Assembly (NCBI GenBank): GCA_049583595.1
Contig: JBAUWE010000166.1
Location: 4,913 to 68,912 of the forward strand
Direction of reading: 5' to 3'
Source of the DNA: Terriglobia bacterium
Lineage (GTDB): Bacteria > Acidobacteriota > Terriglobia > UBA7540
DNA length: 64,000 nucleotides
Shown: positions 1 through 8,459 of the stretch, piece by piece
How positions within the stretch are numbered: position 1 is the stretch's first letter
How the letters are laid out: every line of letters starts with the position of its first letter
Position numbers and translations under genes: made by a program
The notes under the pieces: model-generated
Told to the model about the DNA's origin: nothing
Database searches by the model: none
Seen by the model: only the letters and a program-made list of their open reading frames with translations

Positions 1-11
1 AGCGCGCGGCC

Positions 12-977
12 TTACCCGTGCACTTCTCTCGGCCGTACGTCTTCGCCGGCGCGGCTTTGCATGTCACGTTTCCAGTCTTCCAGATGAGGTCCGGCGATGC
101 GCTGGGCGCGCTTCCGCAGGCCCTGCATTTCGTCGGTCGCGAGCGGCTTGAACTGCTGGGCGATGCGGACGTCATCCTCAAGCTGGCCGATGGTGGTGCA
201 GCCGATGGCCGTGCAACTGACGGGCAGGCTGAGCACGTAGCTCAGGCATTCTCGTGCACTGAACGATTGCATGAGCTTGGAGTTGCCGAAGTTCTTCATG
301 CCCTGGATGCCCATGCCACGCTCGGCGGCGACGGGCAGCGTCAGGTTCTGGAAACTCAGGTAGTGGGCGTCCGCAATGTTGAGCGGCATCAGGATGGAAT
401 CGAACTTCTTATAGGCCGCGAGCATGGCCAGGTGCACGTGCGGATCGTGGTGGCCCGTGAAACCGATAAAGCGGCACTTGCCGGCTTTCTTCGCGGCTAC
501 AAAAGCCTCGATGGCGCCGCCGGGACCGAAAATCTGGTCCACCTCTTCCTTTTCGTTCAGGGCGTGCATCTGCCAGAGATCCACGTAATCGGTGCGCAGC
601 CGACGGAGGGAGGTTTCCAGCTCCTTTTCTGCGCCCGCGCGGTCACGCCGGTTGGCCTTGGTGGTGAGGAAGATATGCTTGCGGAATTGCGGCAGCACCG
701 CTCCATAAACTTCCTCGGAGCGGCCGTTCCAGTAGTCGATGGAAGTGTCAAAATAGTTGATGCCCAGGTCGTAGGCGCGCAGCGTGATGGCTTTGGCTTC
801 TTCAAACGAAATCAGCGGAAACCGTCCGCCGGCCTGCCCGATCACCGTCACCTTCACGCCCGTCTTGCCAAAGGTGCGCTGCGGAATGCCGCCCGCCTTG
901 GCCTTGGGAGGCCGCGCACCAGCAGCCGTGGCCGCCAGCCCGGCAAATGCGCTTCCGAAAAATGTTCGTCGCCTCAT
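12..977 (-). CDS. aldo/keto reductase, predicted Tat-exported
   Basis: ORF 12..992. ATG at 977 lies 5 nt after AAGGAGG. N-terminus MRRRTFFGSAFAGLAATAAGA is a twin-arginine signal. AKR-like motifs GINYFDTS and LRTDYVDLWQMH. Confidence 0.85.
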   Translation of the reverse strand: MRRRTFFGSAFAGLAATAAGARPPKAKAGGIPQRTFGKTGVKVTVIGQAGGRFPLISFEEAKAITLRAYDLGINYFDTSIDYWNGRSEEVYGAVLPQFRKHIFLTTKANRRDRAGAEKELETSLRRLRTDYVDLWQMHALNEKEEVDQIFGPGGAIEAFVAAKKAGKCRFIGFTGHHDPHVHLAMLAAYKKFDSILMPLNIADAHYLSFQNLTLPVAAERGMGIQGMKNFGNSKLMQSFSARECLSYVLSLPVSCTAIGCTTIGQLEDDVRIAQQFKPLATDEMQGLRKRAQRIAGPHLEDWKRDMQSRAGEDVRPREVHG

Positions 978-1095
978 ACCGCCTCCTTGCAACTGAGAAG
1001 GTTCTCAAGAATTTACTAAGAAGCCGTCGGGCCCGCCTGATGACTCTTCCCGGTATGAAAAGCTGAAACCAATAACAGATGTTTTCAAAATAATT

Positions 1096-1149
1096 GTAGC
1101 GCTGCCGTCCCGGCGGCAATGTTCAAGGCCGGCAAGACGCCGGCGCTAC
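1096..1149. repeat. REP-like inverted pair of GC-rich ~22-nt units
   Basis: GTAGCGCTGCCGTCCCGGCGGC (1096..1117) and GCCGGCAAGACGCCGGCGCTAC (1128..1149) are imperfect reverse complements in an intergenic region. Related GTAGCGC+hairpin units at 1371..1394 and 10334..10356. Confidence 0.45.
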
Positions 1150-1339
1150 GAAGACTCGTCACTGTATGATGCAACCCTCAGTCGTCTCGCAACCCAGGAA
1201 CCAGAGCTTTGCCGAAAGAAACTTGCGCTGTTCTGGAGTATATCGCAGACAGGCAGCCTCAGACAGTGCTTTCCTTTCTTGGGGATTTGGAAGGAAGGAT
1301 TTATCAGCCGGACGCGACGCGCAGTTGTGCGGAGAAAGT

Positions 1340-1368
1340 TACGTCTCCATCGTCCTCAGGGCCTCGGC
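1340..1368. repeat. 29-nt exact direct repeat, copy 1
   Basis: TACGTCTCCATCGTCCTCAGGGCCTCGGC is identical to 2485..2513. Read on the minus strand it encodes ..AEALRTMET-stop, the C-terminus of the GMC gene. Confidence 0.9.
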
Positions 1369-1461
1369 GAGTAGCGCAGGCCCTTGCGGCCTGCGGTTCT
1401 TGCTTTTTTTTCGCTGACGCTATCTCTGCAAAGGGGCGCCGGAGGCAGCCGTTGCCCTGCA

Positions 1462-2352
1462 TTACCTCGCCTGGAAGCGCGGCACGAATTCCTCGGCGAT
1501 GAAAGTTTCGATGGAAGTGGGCGTGGTATTGCTCTCGGAGCGTGGTTCGAGCGCCACCATGTAACCGCTGTTCAACGCCTCCGACATTTCCAGGAGGCCG
1601 TCCGCCATGCTTCCGGACATCCCCGCTTGCTTCATCGCCGGGCGCAGCATCATCGCCGGAACCTTCTGATATCTGAGGCCGGGTTTACCGACCGCGGTAC
1701 CGATCAGTGAAGCAATTTCAGCGTAGCTCACGTCGCGCTGGCCCAACAGTTCCCGCGCCTGCTTGCCGGTGAAGCCGGGTGCCAGCAGCAGCTCCGCGGC
1801 GGCGGCGCCAATGTCGCGCGTGGCGATCATGGGCAGGGGCAGGTCGGCCCGCAGCACTCCGGCGACCACGCCGAAATGCCGGACCGCCCCGATCTGGGGC
1901 AGAAGGTTCTCCATAAAATAGCCTGCGCGCAGATACACGGCGGCCAGTCCCGCCACGCCGTTCAGCTTCTCTTCCAGGTGATGAATCCCGGTCACCGGCC
2001 CTGTCTTGCCGGGTTTATCCGCGCCAACGCTGCTGAGCACCACCGCCTTCGGAACTCCGGCTTGCTTGAGGGCAGCCGTCAAAGCGTCTGAAACCTGCGC
2101 CTGATAGGCCGGCACGTCCGGAGCCGAAATGTTTGGCGGCACCATGGCATAAACAGCCTCGGCTCCCTCAAAAGCTTTCGCCAGCGCAGCGGCGTCCGTG
2201 ACGTCGGCGACAAAGGCTTCAGCGCCGCGTTGCGTCAAGGGTTCCAGGCGGCCGGCATTCCGCCCGATCACCCGGATTTTTTCGCCGGCGTCCAACAGTT
2301 TCCCGGCAACCACACCTCCGGTGTTCCCGCTCGCGCCCACAATCGCAATCAT
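1462..2352 (-). CDS. NmrA-family NAD(P)-binding protein
   Basis: ORF 1462..2361. ATG at 2352 lies 9 nt after AGGAGG. Rossmann motif IAIVGASGNTGG at the N-terminus. Length and layout are typical of NmrA/HSCARG-like proteins. Confidence 0.85.
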   Translation of the reverse strand: MIAIVGASGNTGGVVAGKLLDAGEKIRVIGRNAGRLEPLTQRGAEAFVADVTDAAALAKAFEGAEAVYAMVPPNISAPDVPAYQAQVSDALTAALKQAGVPKAVVLSSVGADKPGKTGPVTGIHHLEEKLNGVAGLAAVYLRAGYFMENLLPQIGAVRHFGVVAGVLRADLPLPMIATRDIGAAAAELLLAPGFTGKQARELLGQRDVSYAEIASLIGTAVGKPGLRYQKVPAMMLRPAMKQAGMSGSMADGLLEMSEALNSGYMVALEPRSESNTTPTSIETFIAEEFVPRFQAR

Positions 2353-2483
2353 GGCAACCAACCTCCTGAAGGGGATACTCTTTTGGATGTCCCGGCCCGT
2401 CTGATGGGTTCACAAATTGAGGAAGAGTGGCGTTCTGTTCTGCATCGCGCCGGATGCCGCGGCCAGGGGTGGCGGGACTACAT

Positions 2484-4919
2484 CTACGTCTCCATCGTCC
2501 TCAGGGCCTCGGCCAGGTGGTCTGAGGCGCGGATGGCGACGGCCACCACGGTGAGCGTGGGGTTCTTCTCGGAGTAGGACGTAAAGCTTGCGCCGTCGAG
2601 CACCCACAGGTTTTTCACGTCGTGCGAGCGGTTGGTGGGGTCCAGCACGGAGCGTTTGGGATCGCTGCCCATGCGCACGGTACCCACCAGGTTTTCGCCG
2701 TCGAAGTGCGGCTTCATGTTGTCACTGCGCATGGCGAGCACCTTGCCGCCCGCCGCCTCGATGATGGCCCTGCATTTCTCCCTTTCGTCGCGCACCATGG
2801 CCAGCTCGTTTTCGCCCCACTCCAGGTGCATGCGCGCCTTGGGCAGTCCGAACTGATCGCGGGCTACAGGGTCGAGGTCAACGTAGCTCTTTTCGTTGGC
2901 CAGCATTTCACCGTGGGCGCCCAGGTAGACCATCGCCGGATAAATGCGCCGCACCTCCTCGCGATACTTCTCGCCAAACCCCGGAACGTCCGCCGCAAAG
3001 CTGGGGATCTGCACCGGCCCGCTGCGCAGGTCAATCATGTATCCGCGCGCAAAATTCTTGCTGGGGCGCTCGTAATAAAAGTTGGGAATTTCGCCGTGCT
3101 CATCGGCGCCATCTTCGTTCATCACTTTGGCGCCCAGCAGGCGTTCGATGTATCCCACAGCGCCGTCGTAGTGTTCGCTCACCAGGTTCCTGCCCACCCA
3201 GCCGCTCGAGTTCGCGAGGCCCTGCGGGTAGTCTTTGGATTTTGACATCAGCAGGATGCGCACGTCTTCCACGCCGCCGCAGGCCAGCGCGTAGGCGCGG
3301 GCGCGCACCCGATATTCCTTCTTGCTGTGGCGGTCAATAAACACTGCGCCGCTGCAGCGCTTGCCGGTGGCGTCCACTTCAAGCTCGCGCACGATGGCGT
3401 CGCGCACCAGGGTCAGCCGTCCCGTCTTCTCGGCCGCGGGAATGGCCGCGTTGGCCGAGGAATAGGCAGCGTTGATGTCGCAGCCCCGCATGCAGTAGCC
3501 GCAATAGTGGCACGGGGGACGGCCGCCATAGGTCACCGTGTTGACCGCCTTGCGCAAGGCGATCACGTGGTAGTCAGCGCCCATCTTCGTCCGGCACGCT
3601 TCCCGAATCATCTTCTCGCCGCAGCGCAGTTCGAGCGGCTTGATGAAGTGTCCGTCCGGCACGGCGGCCAGCCCATCTTTCGCGCCGGCCACGCCCATAA
3701 AGGTTTCCGCGCGGTCGTAATAGGGAGCCAGTTCCTGGTATCCGAACGGCCAGTCGTCGCCGATGCCGCGGTTCTTGAAGTCCTTCTCGCCAAAGCGCCA
3801 CGAGATGCGCGCCCAGGTCAGCGTCTTGCCGCCCACGGCCGGCAGCAGGGCGTAGTCGATGGGCTCTTCGGGACAGACCACCGGGTTTTTCACATAGAGG
3901 AACCCGGTGTAATCGTTCTCGCCATGCGACTTCCAGCGCCCGCGGAAGGGCAATTCCCACGGGGGAATATGGGTCTTGAAGCGCGCCGGCGAAACCCAGG
4001 TACCGGCTTCCAGCACCACCACCCGCAGCCCTTTTTCCGTCAGTTCTTTGGCCGCGATGCCCCCGGAAGCTCCGGAGCCCACTATGCAGACGTCATAGGT
4101 CTCTTTGGTGATCGCGTCCAGGTCCTGCTTTCCGATGGACTGGCCCCGCGAAACAAACGCGGCGGGAACGATTCGGTAGTTGGAGGATGCAACCTCGTTC
4201 GGCGGACCCTCGTCCGGCACCGCTTCATGTTTCATCGCGGGCGCGCTTGCGCCGTGCGATGGCAGGGCCGCTGTTTTCCCGGTCAGTTCATCGCAGGTAG
4301 GCATCACGCCGTCATTCGGCCGGTTGCCCTTGTACTTCAAGTCGTCCATCAGACCGATCTTTGACGTGTAATAGCCCGTCGCCACGGATTGTTTCGACTG
4401 GACAAAGAACTTCTCGGCCGGTGTCTTCGGCTCCGCCTCATGCGCGGCCAGGCTCGTCAGCAGTTCGGTTCGCTGGGGCAATGAAATAGCGGCAAAGGCT
4501 TTCCCGAACCGCTCACTGCAGGTCTGGTCCAGAGCCTTCAGGCCCTCCGTCCAGGCCCGCTGCTCGGCGGGTTCCGCATGGGTCATGACAAATTCGAGAT
4601 AGTCCTTCACCTGGGCGGCGTAAGCGCCGGGCGCAACAGCATCGTCGGGGATCATCGTCTGGGCCAGCGCGGAGACGGTGAATTTCTGCTGGTCCGTGAA
4701 AAACCCTGAAACCGTGGCCCCGGCCCAATGGCTGGGCTCGTGCTGCAAAGCCGGTCCTGCTGCCGCCGCGCGACGGGGCAGCCACCCCGCGGCGGTTGCG
4801 GCCGTGGCCACGCCCAGCAGGCGGCTGAGCGCCTCTCGCCGGTCGAGCCCTTTCTTGCCGGCGTCTTCATTTTTCGGGCGGCCTGCCGCCTCTTGCCCAT
4901 TGGAGACTTTGTTTTTCAT
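2484..4919 (-). CDS. Tat-exported fusion: gluconate 2-dehydrogenase subunit-3-like domain + GMC-family FAD oxidoreductase
   Basis: 811-aa ORF. Twin-arginine N-terminus LDRREALSRLLGVATAATAAGW. The N-terminal ~200 aa (FFTDQQKFTVSALAQTMIPDD..PGA) resemble the small subunit of FAD-dependent gluconate 2-dehydrogenases. FAD motif DVCIVGSGASGGIAAKEL is followed by a GMC C-terminal domain. Confidence 0.85.
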   Translation of the reverse strand: MKNKVSNGQEAAGRPKNEDAGKKGLDRREALSRLLGVATAATAAGWLPRRAAAAGPALQHEPSHWAGATVSGFFTDQQKFTVSALAQTMIPDDAVAPGAYAAQVKDYLEFVMTHAEPAEQRAWTEGLKALDQTCSERFGKAFAAISLPQRTELLTSLAAHEAEPKTPAEKFFVQSKQSVATGYYTSKIGLMDDLKYKGNRPNDGVMPTCDELTGKTAALPSHGASAPAMKHEAVPDEGPPNEVASSNYRIVPAAFVSRGQSIGKQDLDAITKETYDVCIVGSGASGGIAAKELTEKGLRVVVLEAGTWVSPARFKTHIPPWELPFRGRWKSHGENDYTGFLYVKNPVVCPEEPIDYALLPAVGGKTLTWARISWRFGEKDFKNRGIGDDWPFGYQELAPYYDRAETFMGVAGAKDGLAAVPDGHFIKPLELRCGEKMIREACRTKMGADYHVIALRKAVNTVTYGGRPPCHYCGYCMRGCDINAAYSSANAAIPAAEKTGRLTLVRDAIVRELEVDATGKRCSGAVFIDRHSKKEYRVRARAYALACGGVEDVRILLMSKSKDYPQGLANSSGWVGRNLVSEHYDGAVGYIERLLGAKVMNEDGADEHGEIPNFYYERPSKNFARGYMIDLRSGPVQIPSFAADVPGFGEKYREEVRRIYPAMVYLGAHGEMLANEKSYVDLDPVARDQFGLPKARMHLEWGENELAMVRDEREKCRAIIEAAGGKVLAMRSDNMKPHFDGENLVGTVRMGSDPKRSVLDPTNRSHDVKNLWVLDGASFTSYSEKNPTLTVVAVAIRASDHLAEALRTMET
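2485..2513. repeat. 29-nt exact direct repeat, copy 2 (inside 3' end of GMC gene)
   Basis: Identical to 1340..1368. It covers the last 9 codons and the stop of the 2484..4919 CDS. Confidence 0.9.
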
Positions 4920-5307
4920 CTCGCATCTCCTGCTGGGAGTAAGCCTAGACGCACAAAGCCCTCAACGCTGTGACCAGCATCACGTTTGTTTTTGCAGGGG
5001 AGTGCTCCGGGCCCCTCGTGCAGCGCCGTCGTCTCCATCGCCGCAGCTTCGCCTTCCCTTCTCCATGAGTCTCGCCGGGCTTCGGCTGGCGATCGAGGCG
5101 TAGACTCATCCGGTCGCCGCGTGGTAGTCTGTGCGCCGGGATCGAACGCGAACACCCGTTCGACCGGTCAGGGCGAGCGGCGGGTCTGCTGTGCGGCCTA
5201 TGGCTCCGCCACCCTCGCGCCGGTAGTCACGCAAAGTCTGCAACCACAAAAAGCGTCCTCAACACGCTGCAACAGTGTTTGTCCATTCCAGTGTCAGGAG
5301 GATTGAC

Positions 5308-6594
5308 ATGGACCGCAGAAAATTCATGGAAGCCGGCACGGCATTGTCCCTGGGAGCCTTTGCCGGGGCAGTCACGCCGGAACGCGGCTCGGCTGCGCCC
5401 GCGCCTTCACCCGCTCCCCTTGCTTTTCGCGACGAGCCCAGCAAATTGAAAATCACCGGCGTACGCATGGTCCGCCCCAGGCCCGCAAAACCTTTGCCTG
5501 CCTACAAGCCCGCTCCGGGTTCCTGGAGCACGGGTGGCGCGGTGGTAGCAAATCCCATGTCCATTTATCCCAGATATAAGGCAAAGCGAACATCCTTTAT
5601 GGCCGATGACCTGGGACCGGGCGCCGTCGAGATTTCGACCGACAAGGGGATCAAGGGCATCGGCTTCGGCGGGCCGGGCTGCAGCTTTGTGATCGAGCGG
5701 CACCTCACCAAGTTGCTGATGGGCGAAGACCCTTTCAACGTGGAGGAGCTTTGGGACATCATGTGGCGCTCCACGCTCTACTACGGGCGAAAGGGGCTCG
5801 TCATCAACGCCATCAGCGCGGTGGACCTGGCGCTGTGGGACATCATCGGCAAGGCCCTGGGCATGCCCGTCTACAAACTGCTGGGTGGAGAAACCAAGCC
5901 CCGGATTCCCGCCTACTGCACGGGCAACGACATCGAGCAACACATCAAGTTCGGGTACAAGAGGCTGAAGCTGGCGGTTCCTTACGGGCCGGCCGACGGC
6001 CGCGAGGGGCTGAAGAAGAACGCTGAACTGGTGAAGCAAACGAGAGATGCTCTGGGGCCCGACGGCGACATCATGCTGGATTGCTGGATGGCCCTCACCG
6101 AAGAGTACACCATTGAATTCGCGGAGAGGGTGGCACCCTACCGCGTTTACTGGATGGAAGAGGTCCTGCCTCCCGACGATTACGACGGCTTCAAGCGGCT
6201 CCATTCGCGCATCCGGACCACCAAGCTGGCCACCGGCGAGCACGAGTACACGCGCTGGGGCTTCCGGCTGCTGCTGGAATATAACGCCGTTGACATCTGG
6301 CAGCCCGACATCACCTGGTGCGGCGGGCTCACCGAGTTGCGCCACATCGCCGCGCTGGCCGGCGCTTACAACATTCCCGTGATTCCGCATGCCGGATGGT
6401 CGCACGGCGGAGCGCACTTTATCATGGCCACCACCAACAGCCCCTGGTGCGAAATGTTCCTGCCGCCTCCGGGTGGCCCGCCGGAAGTCTACCAGCGCTT
6501 CGAAGAAGAAAACCAGATCACGCGCGGCCCCGAAGGCATCTACATGCGACCCCCCGACCGCCCGGGCTTCGGATGGGAACTGGTTGTCGATTAG
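5308..6594 (+). CDS. enolase-superfamily (mandelate racemase/muconate lactonizing enzyme family) sugar-acid dehydratase-like protein with Tat signal
   Basis: ORF 5275..6594, start moved to ATG 5308 downstream of AGGAGG. MDRRKFMEAGTALSLGAFAGA is a twin-arginine signal. MR/MLE-type segments AISAVDLALWDIIGKALGMPVYKLLGG and LATGEHEY. Confidence 0.85.
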   Translation: MDRRKFMEAGTALSLGAFAGAVTPERGSAAPAPSPAPLAFRDEPSKLKITGVRMVRPRPAKPLPAYKPAPGSWSTGGAVVANPMSIYPRYKAKRTSFMADDLGPGAVEISTDKGIKGIGFGGPGCSFVIERHLTKLLMGEDPFNVEELWDIMWRSTLYYGRKGLVINAISAVDLALWDIIGKALGMPVYKLLGGETKPRIPAYCTGNDIEQHIKFGYKRLKLAVPYGPADGREGLKKNAELVKQTRDALGPDGDIMLDCWMALTEEYTIEFAERVAPYRVYWMEEVLPPDDYDGFKRLHSRIRTTKLATGEHEYTRWGFRLLLEYNAVDIWQPDITWCGGLTELRHIAALAGAYNIPVIPHAGWSHGGAHFIMATTNSPWCEMFLPPPGGPPEVYQRFEEENQITRGPEGIYMRPPDRPGFGWELVVD

Positions 6595-6661
6595 ATTGCT
6601 GAAATCAGGCCGTTCATGCGGAGGCCGAAAACCGGGATTCATCACTCAAGAGGAAACGCTC

Positions 6662-8398
6662 ATGAATGCTCATTCGAAAAACGCCGGGGCCGGCCGGGAT
6701 CGATTTCAGGCCGTCCGCAGAATGTCTCCGTCCCTGCCAGACTTCCGGCGCGCGGCACGACGGGCCGCGACCATCATCTCGCTGATTGTGGTGTTAAGCG
6801 CCGCACCCGGAATTCTCCAGGCGGCGCCGGGCGGGGTTTCTTTTTCGCAATCCGCCGCGTCCATCAGCGCCTACAATTTTGTGGAAGTCACCGTCCATGT
6901 CACATCACCGGACGCCCGGAATCCATTTATCCAAGCAAGCGTGACCGGGCAATTTGCGGCTGCCGGGCAGGCGCCGACGCAGGTTAATGGCTTTTGTGAT
7001 TCCTCAGACGGCAGCGTGTTTCGCATTCGCTTCATGCCGAACAAACCGGGCGAGTACACCTACACGGTGACGTATCAGCAAGGCGATTTCACAAAGTCCC
7101 ACCAGGGAAACTTTCGCGCGACCGATGGGCATCTCAAAGGGATTCTGCGGGTCGACCCGAAATACCCCTGGCACTTCGTCTGGGAAGGAACGGGGCAGCA
7201 CTATTTCTGGAACGGCACGACAGCGTTCCTGATGATGGGCTGGAGGGACGACAGCGTGGTACGCGGCATCATTGACCGCCTGTCCTCGCTTGAGATTAAT
7301 CGCATCCGCGTGCTGCTTTCCGGACGGGCCGCGCATAGTTTCTGGGGCGAGCCCATCGTCCCGACCGGTGAGTTTCAGCCCTTTCTGAACGTCTGGGCCG
7401 CCGCCAGGCCCACCAGCATTGACAACCCGGGTTTCGACTACAGGCGGTTCAACATAAAGTATTTCCAGAGGTGGGACCGAATGCTGAAGTACGCGCGTTC
7501 CAAGGACATGACGGTCTCGGTGATCATGGAATGGAACGACTCCGAGGTGCATCCTGCCGCCCTCAGTGAAGATGAAAAACGTTATTTCAGTTACGCGGCA
7601 GCCCGCTTCAGCGCGTTTTCAAATATTACCTGGGACCTGGGAGACGACATCAGTTCATTTCGCAGCCTGGGCTGGTCGCATGAAATGGGAGCGCTGCTGG
7701 TGGAAAAGCTGGACCCCTATCATCATCTTGGGACCGATCATCCGGTGGACAACACTCAGCAGGACCGTACCGCAAAATGGTTCGGATTTACTTCTTTTCA
7801 GGAATGGCACCAGCCTTATTATCCCTGGATGCTGAACCAGCGAAAGTTGCAGGCGGCGACCGGACGCATCATTCCGCAGGTGGACGAAGAGTACGGGTAT
7901 GAAGATCATTATCCGAACTGGAGCCCGAACTTTCCCGACGGCCAATCGGCTGAGGCCCTTCGACGCGCGGGGTGGGAGTTCTCAATGGCAGGCACCTACC
8001 AGTCCACCGGAGAAACGGCCAAGCGCGGCACGGGCGTCTGGCCCGACACCGGAGGCGGCTGGGTGAACGGCCGCGGCGACAGCAGCATGGTGATGCTGCG
8101 CGGCTACGCCCACATGGTCGATTTCTTCACCAGCTTTGACTGGTGGAAGACCAATCCCGACGATTCGCTCGTGACCCACGGCGACTTCTGCCTTGCAGAT
8201 CCCGGAAAGATTTATGTGGTCTATCTGCCCATGGCGGGCTCGGTGAAGGTGAAACTTGAGCCGGGCACTTACCAGGCCGAGTGGTTCAATCCTCGCACGG
8301 GAAAGAAAACTCCGCTGCCCGACGCCGAGGGTCCTTCGTGGACCTCCCCAACAGCCCCGGACAGCGGCGATTGGGCAATCCTTCTTCAGAAGAAATAG
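6662..8398 (+). CDS. secreted or anchored DUF5060/DUF4038-type putative glycoside hydrolase
   Basis: ORF 6389..8398, start moved to ATG 6662. Signal-anchor RRAATIISLIVVLSAAPGILQA. An N-terminal beta-sandwich-like segment is followed by a TIM-barrel-like segment. The family assignment is from memory and the activity is unknown. Confidence 0.6.
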   Translation: MNAHSKNAGAGRDRFQAVRRMSPSLPDFRRAARRAATIISLIVVLSAAPGILQAAPGGVSFSQSAASISAYNFVEVTVHVTSPDARNPFIQASVTGQFAAAGQAPTQVNGFCDSSDGSVFRIRFMPNKPGEYTYTVTYQQGDFTKSHQGNFRATDGHLKGILRVDPKYPWHFVWEGTGQHYFWNGTTAFLMMGWRDDSVVRGIIDRLSSLEINRIRVLLSGRAAHSFWGEPIVPTGEFQPFLNVWAAARPTSIDNPGFDYRRFNIKYFQRWDRMLKYARSKDMTVSVIMEWNDSEVHPAALSEDEKRYFSYAAARFSAFSNITWDLGDDISSFRSLGWSHEMGALLVEKLDPYHHLGTDHPVDNTQQDRTAKWFGFTSFQEWHQPYYPWMLNQRKLQAATGRIIPQVDEEYGYEDHYPNWSPNFPDGQSAEALRRAGWEFSMAGTYQSTGETAKRGTGVWPDTGGGWVNGRGDSSMVMLRGYAHMVDFFTSFDWWKTNPDDSLVTHGDFCLADPGKIYVVYLPMAGSVKVKLEPGTYQAEWFNPRTGKKTPLPDAEGPSWTSPTAPDSGDWAILLQKK

Positions 8399-8459
8399 CA
8401 GCCATACATCACATCCTATCCCGGCCGGCACATCCATTGCGGCTCATTCGATGTGGGCT

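Noticed and set aside
18-1019. 333-aa plus-strand ORF antisense to the aldo/keto reductase
   Set aside because: It lies entirely antisense to a gene with clear family motifs. Its Arg/Ala/Gly-rich composition is typical of shadow ORFs in high-GC DNA, and there is no SD or recognisable motif.
5407-6645. 412-aa minus-strand ORF antisense to the first enolase-superfamily gene
   Set aside because: Shadow ORF of a well-supported gene, with no motifs and a GC-driven open frame.
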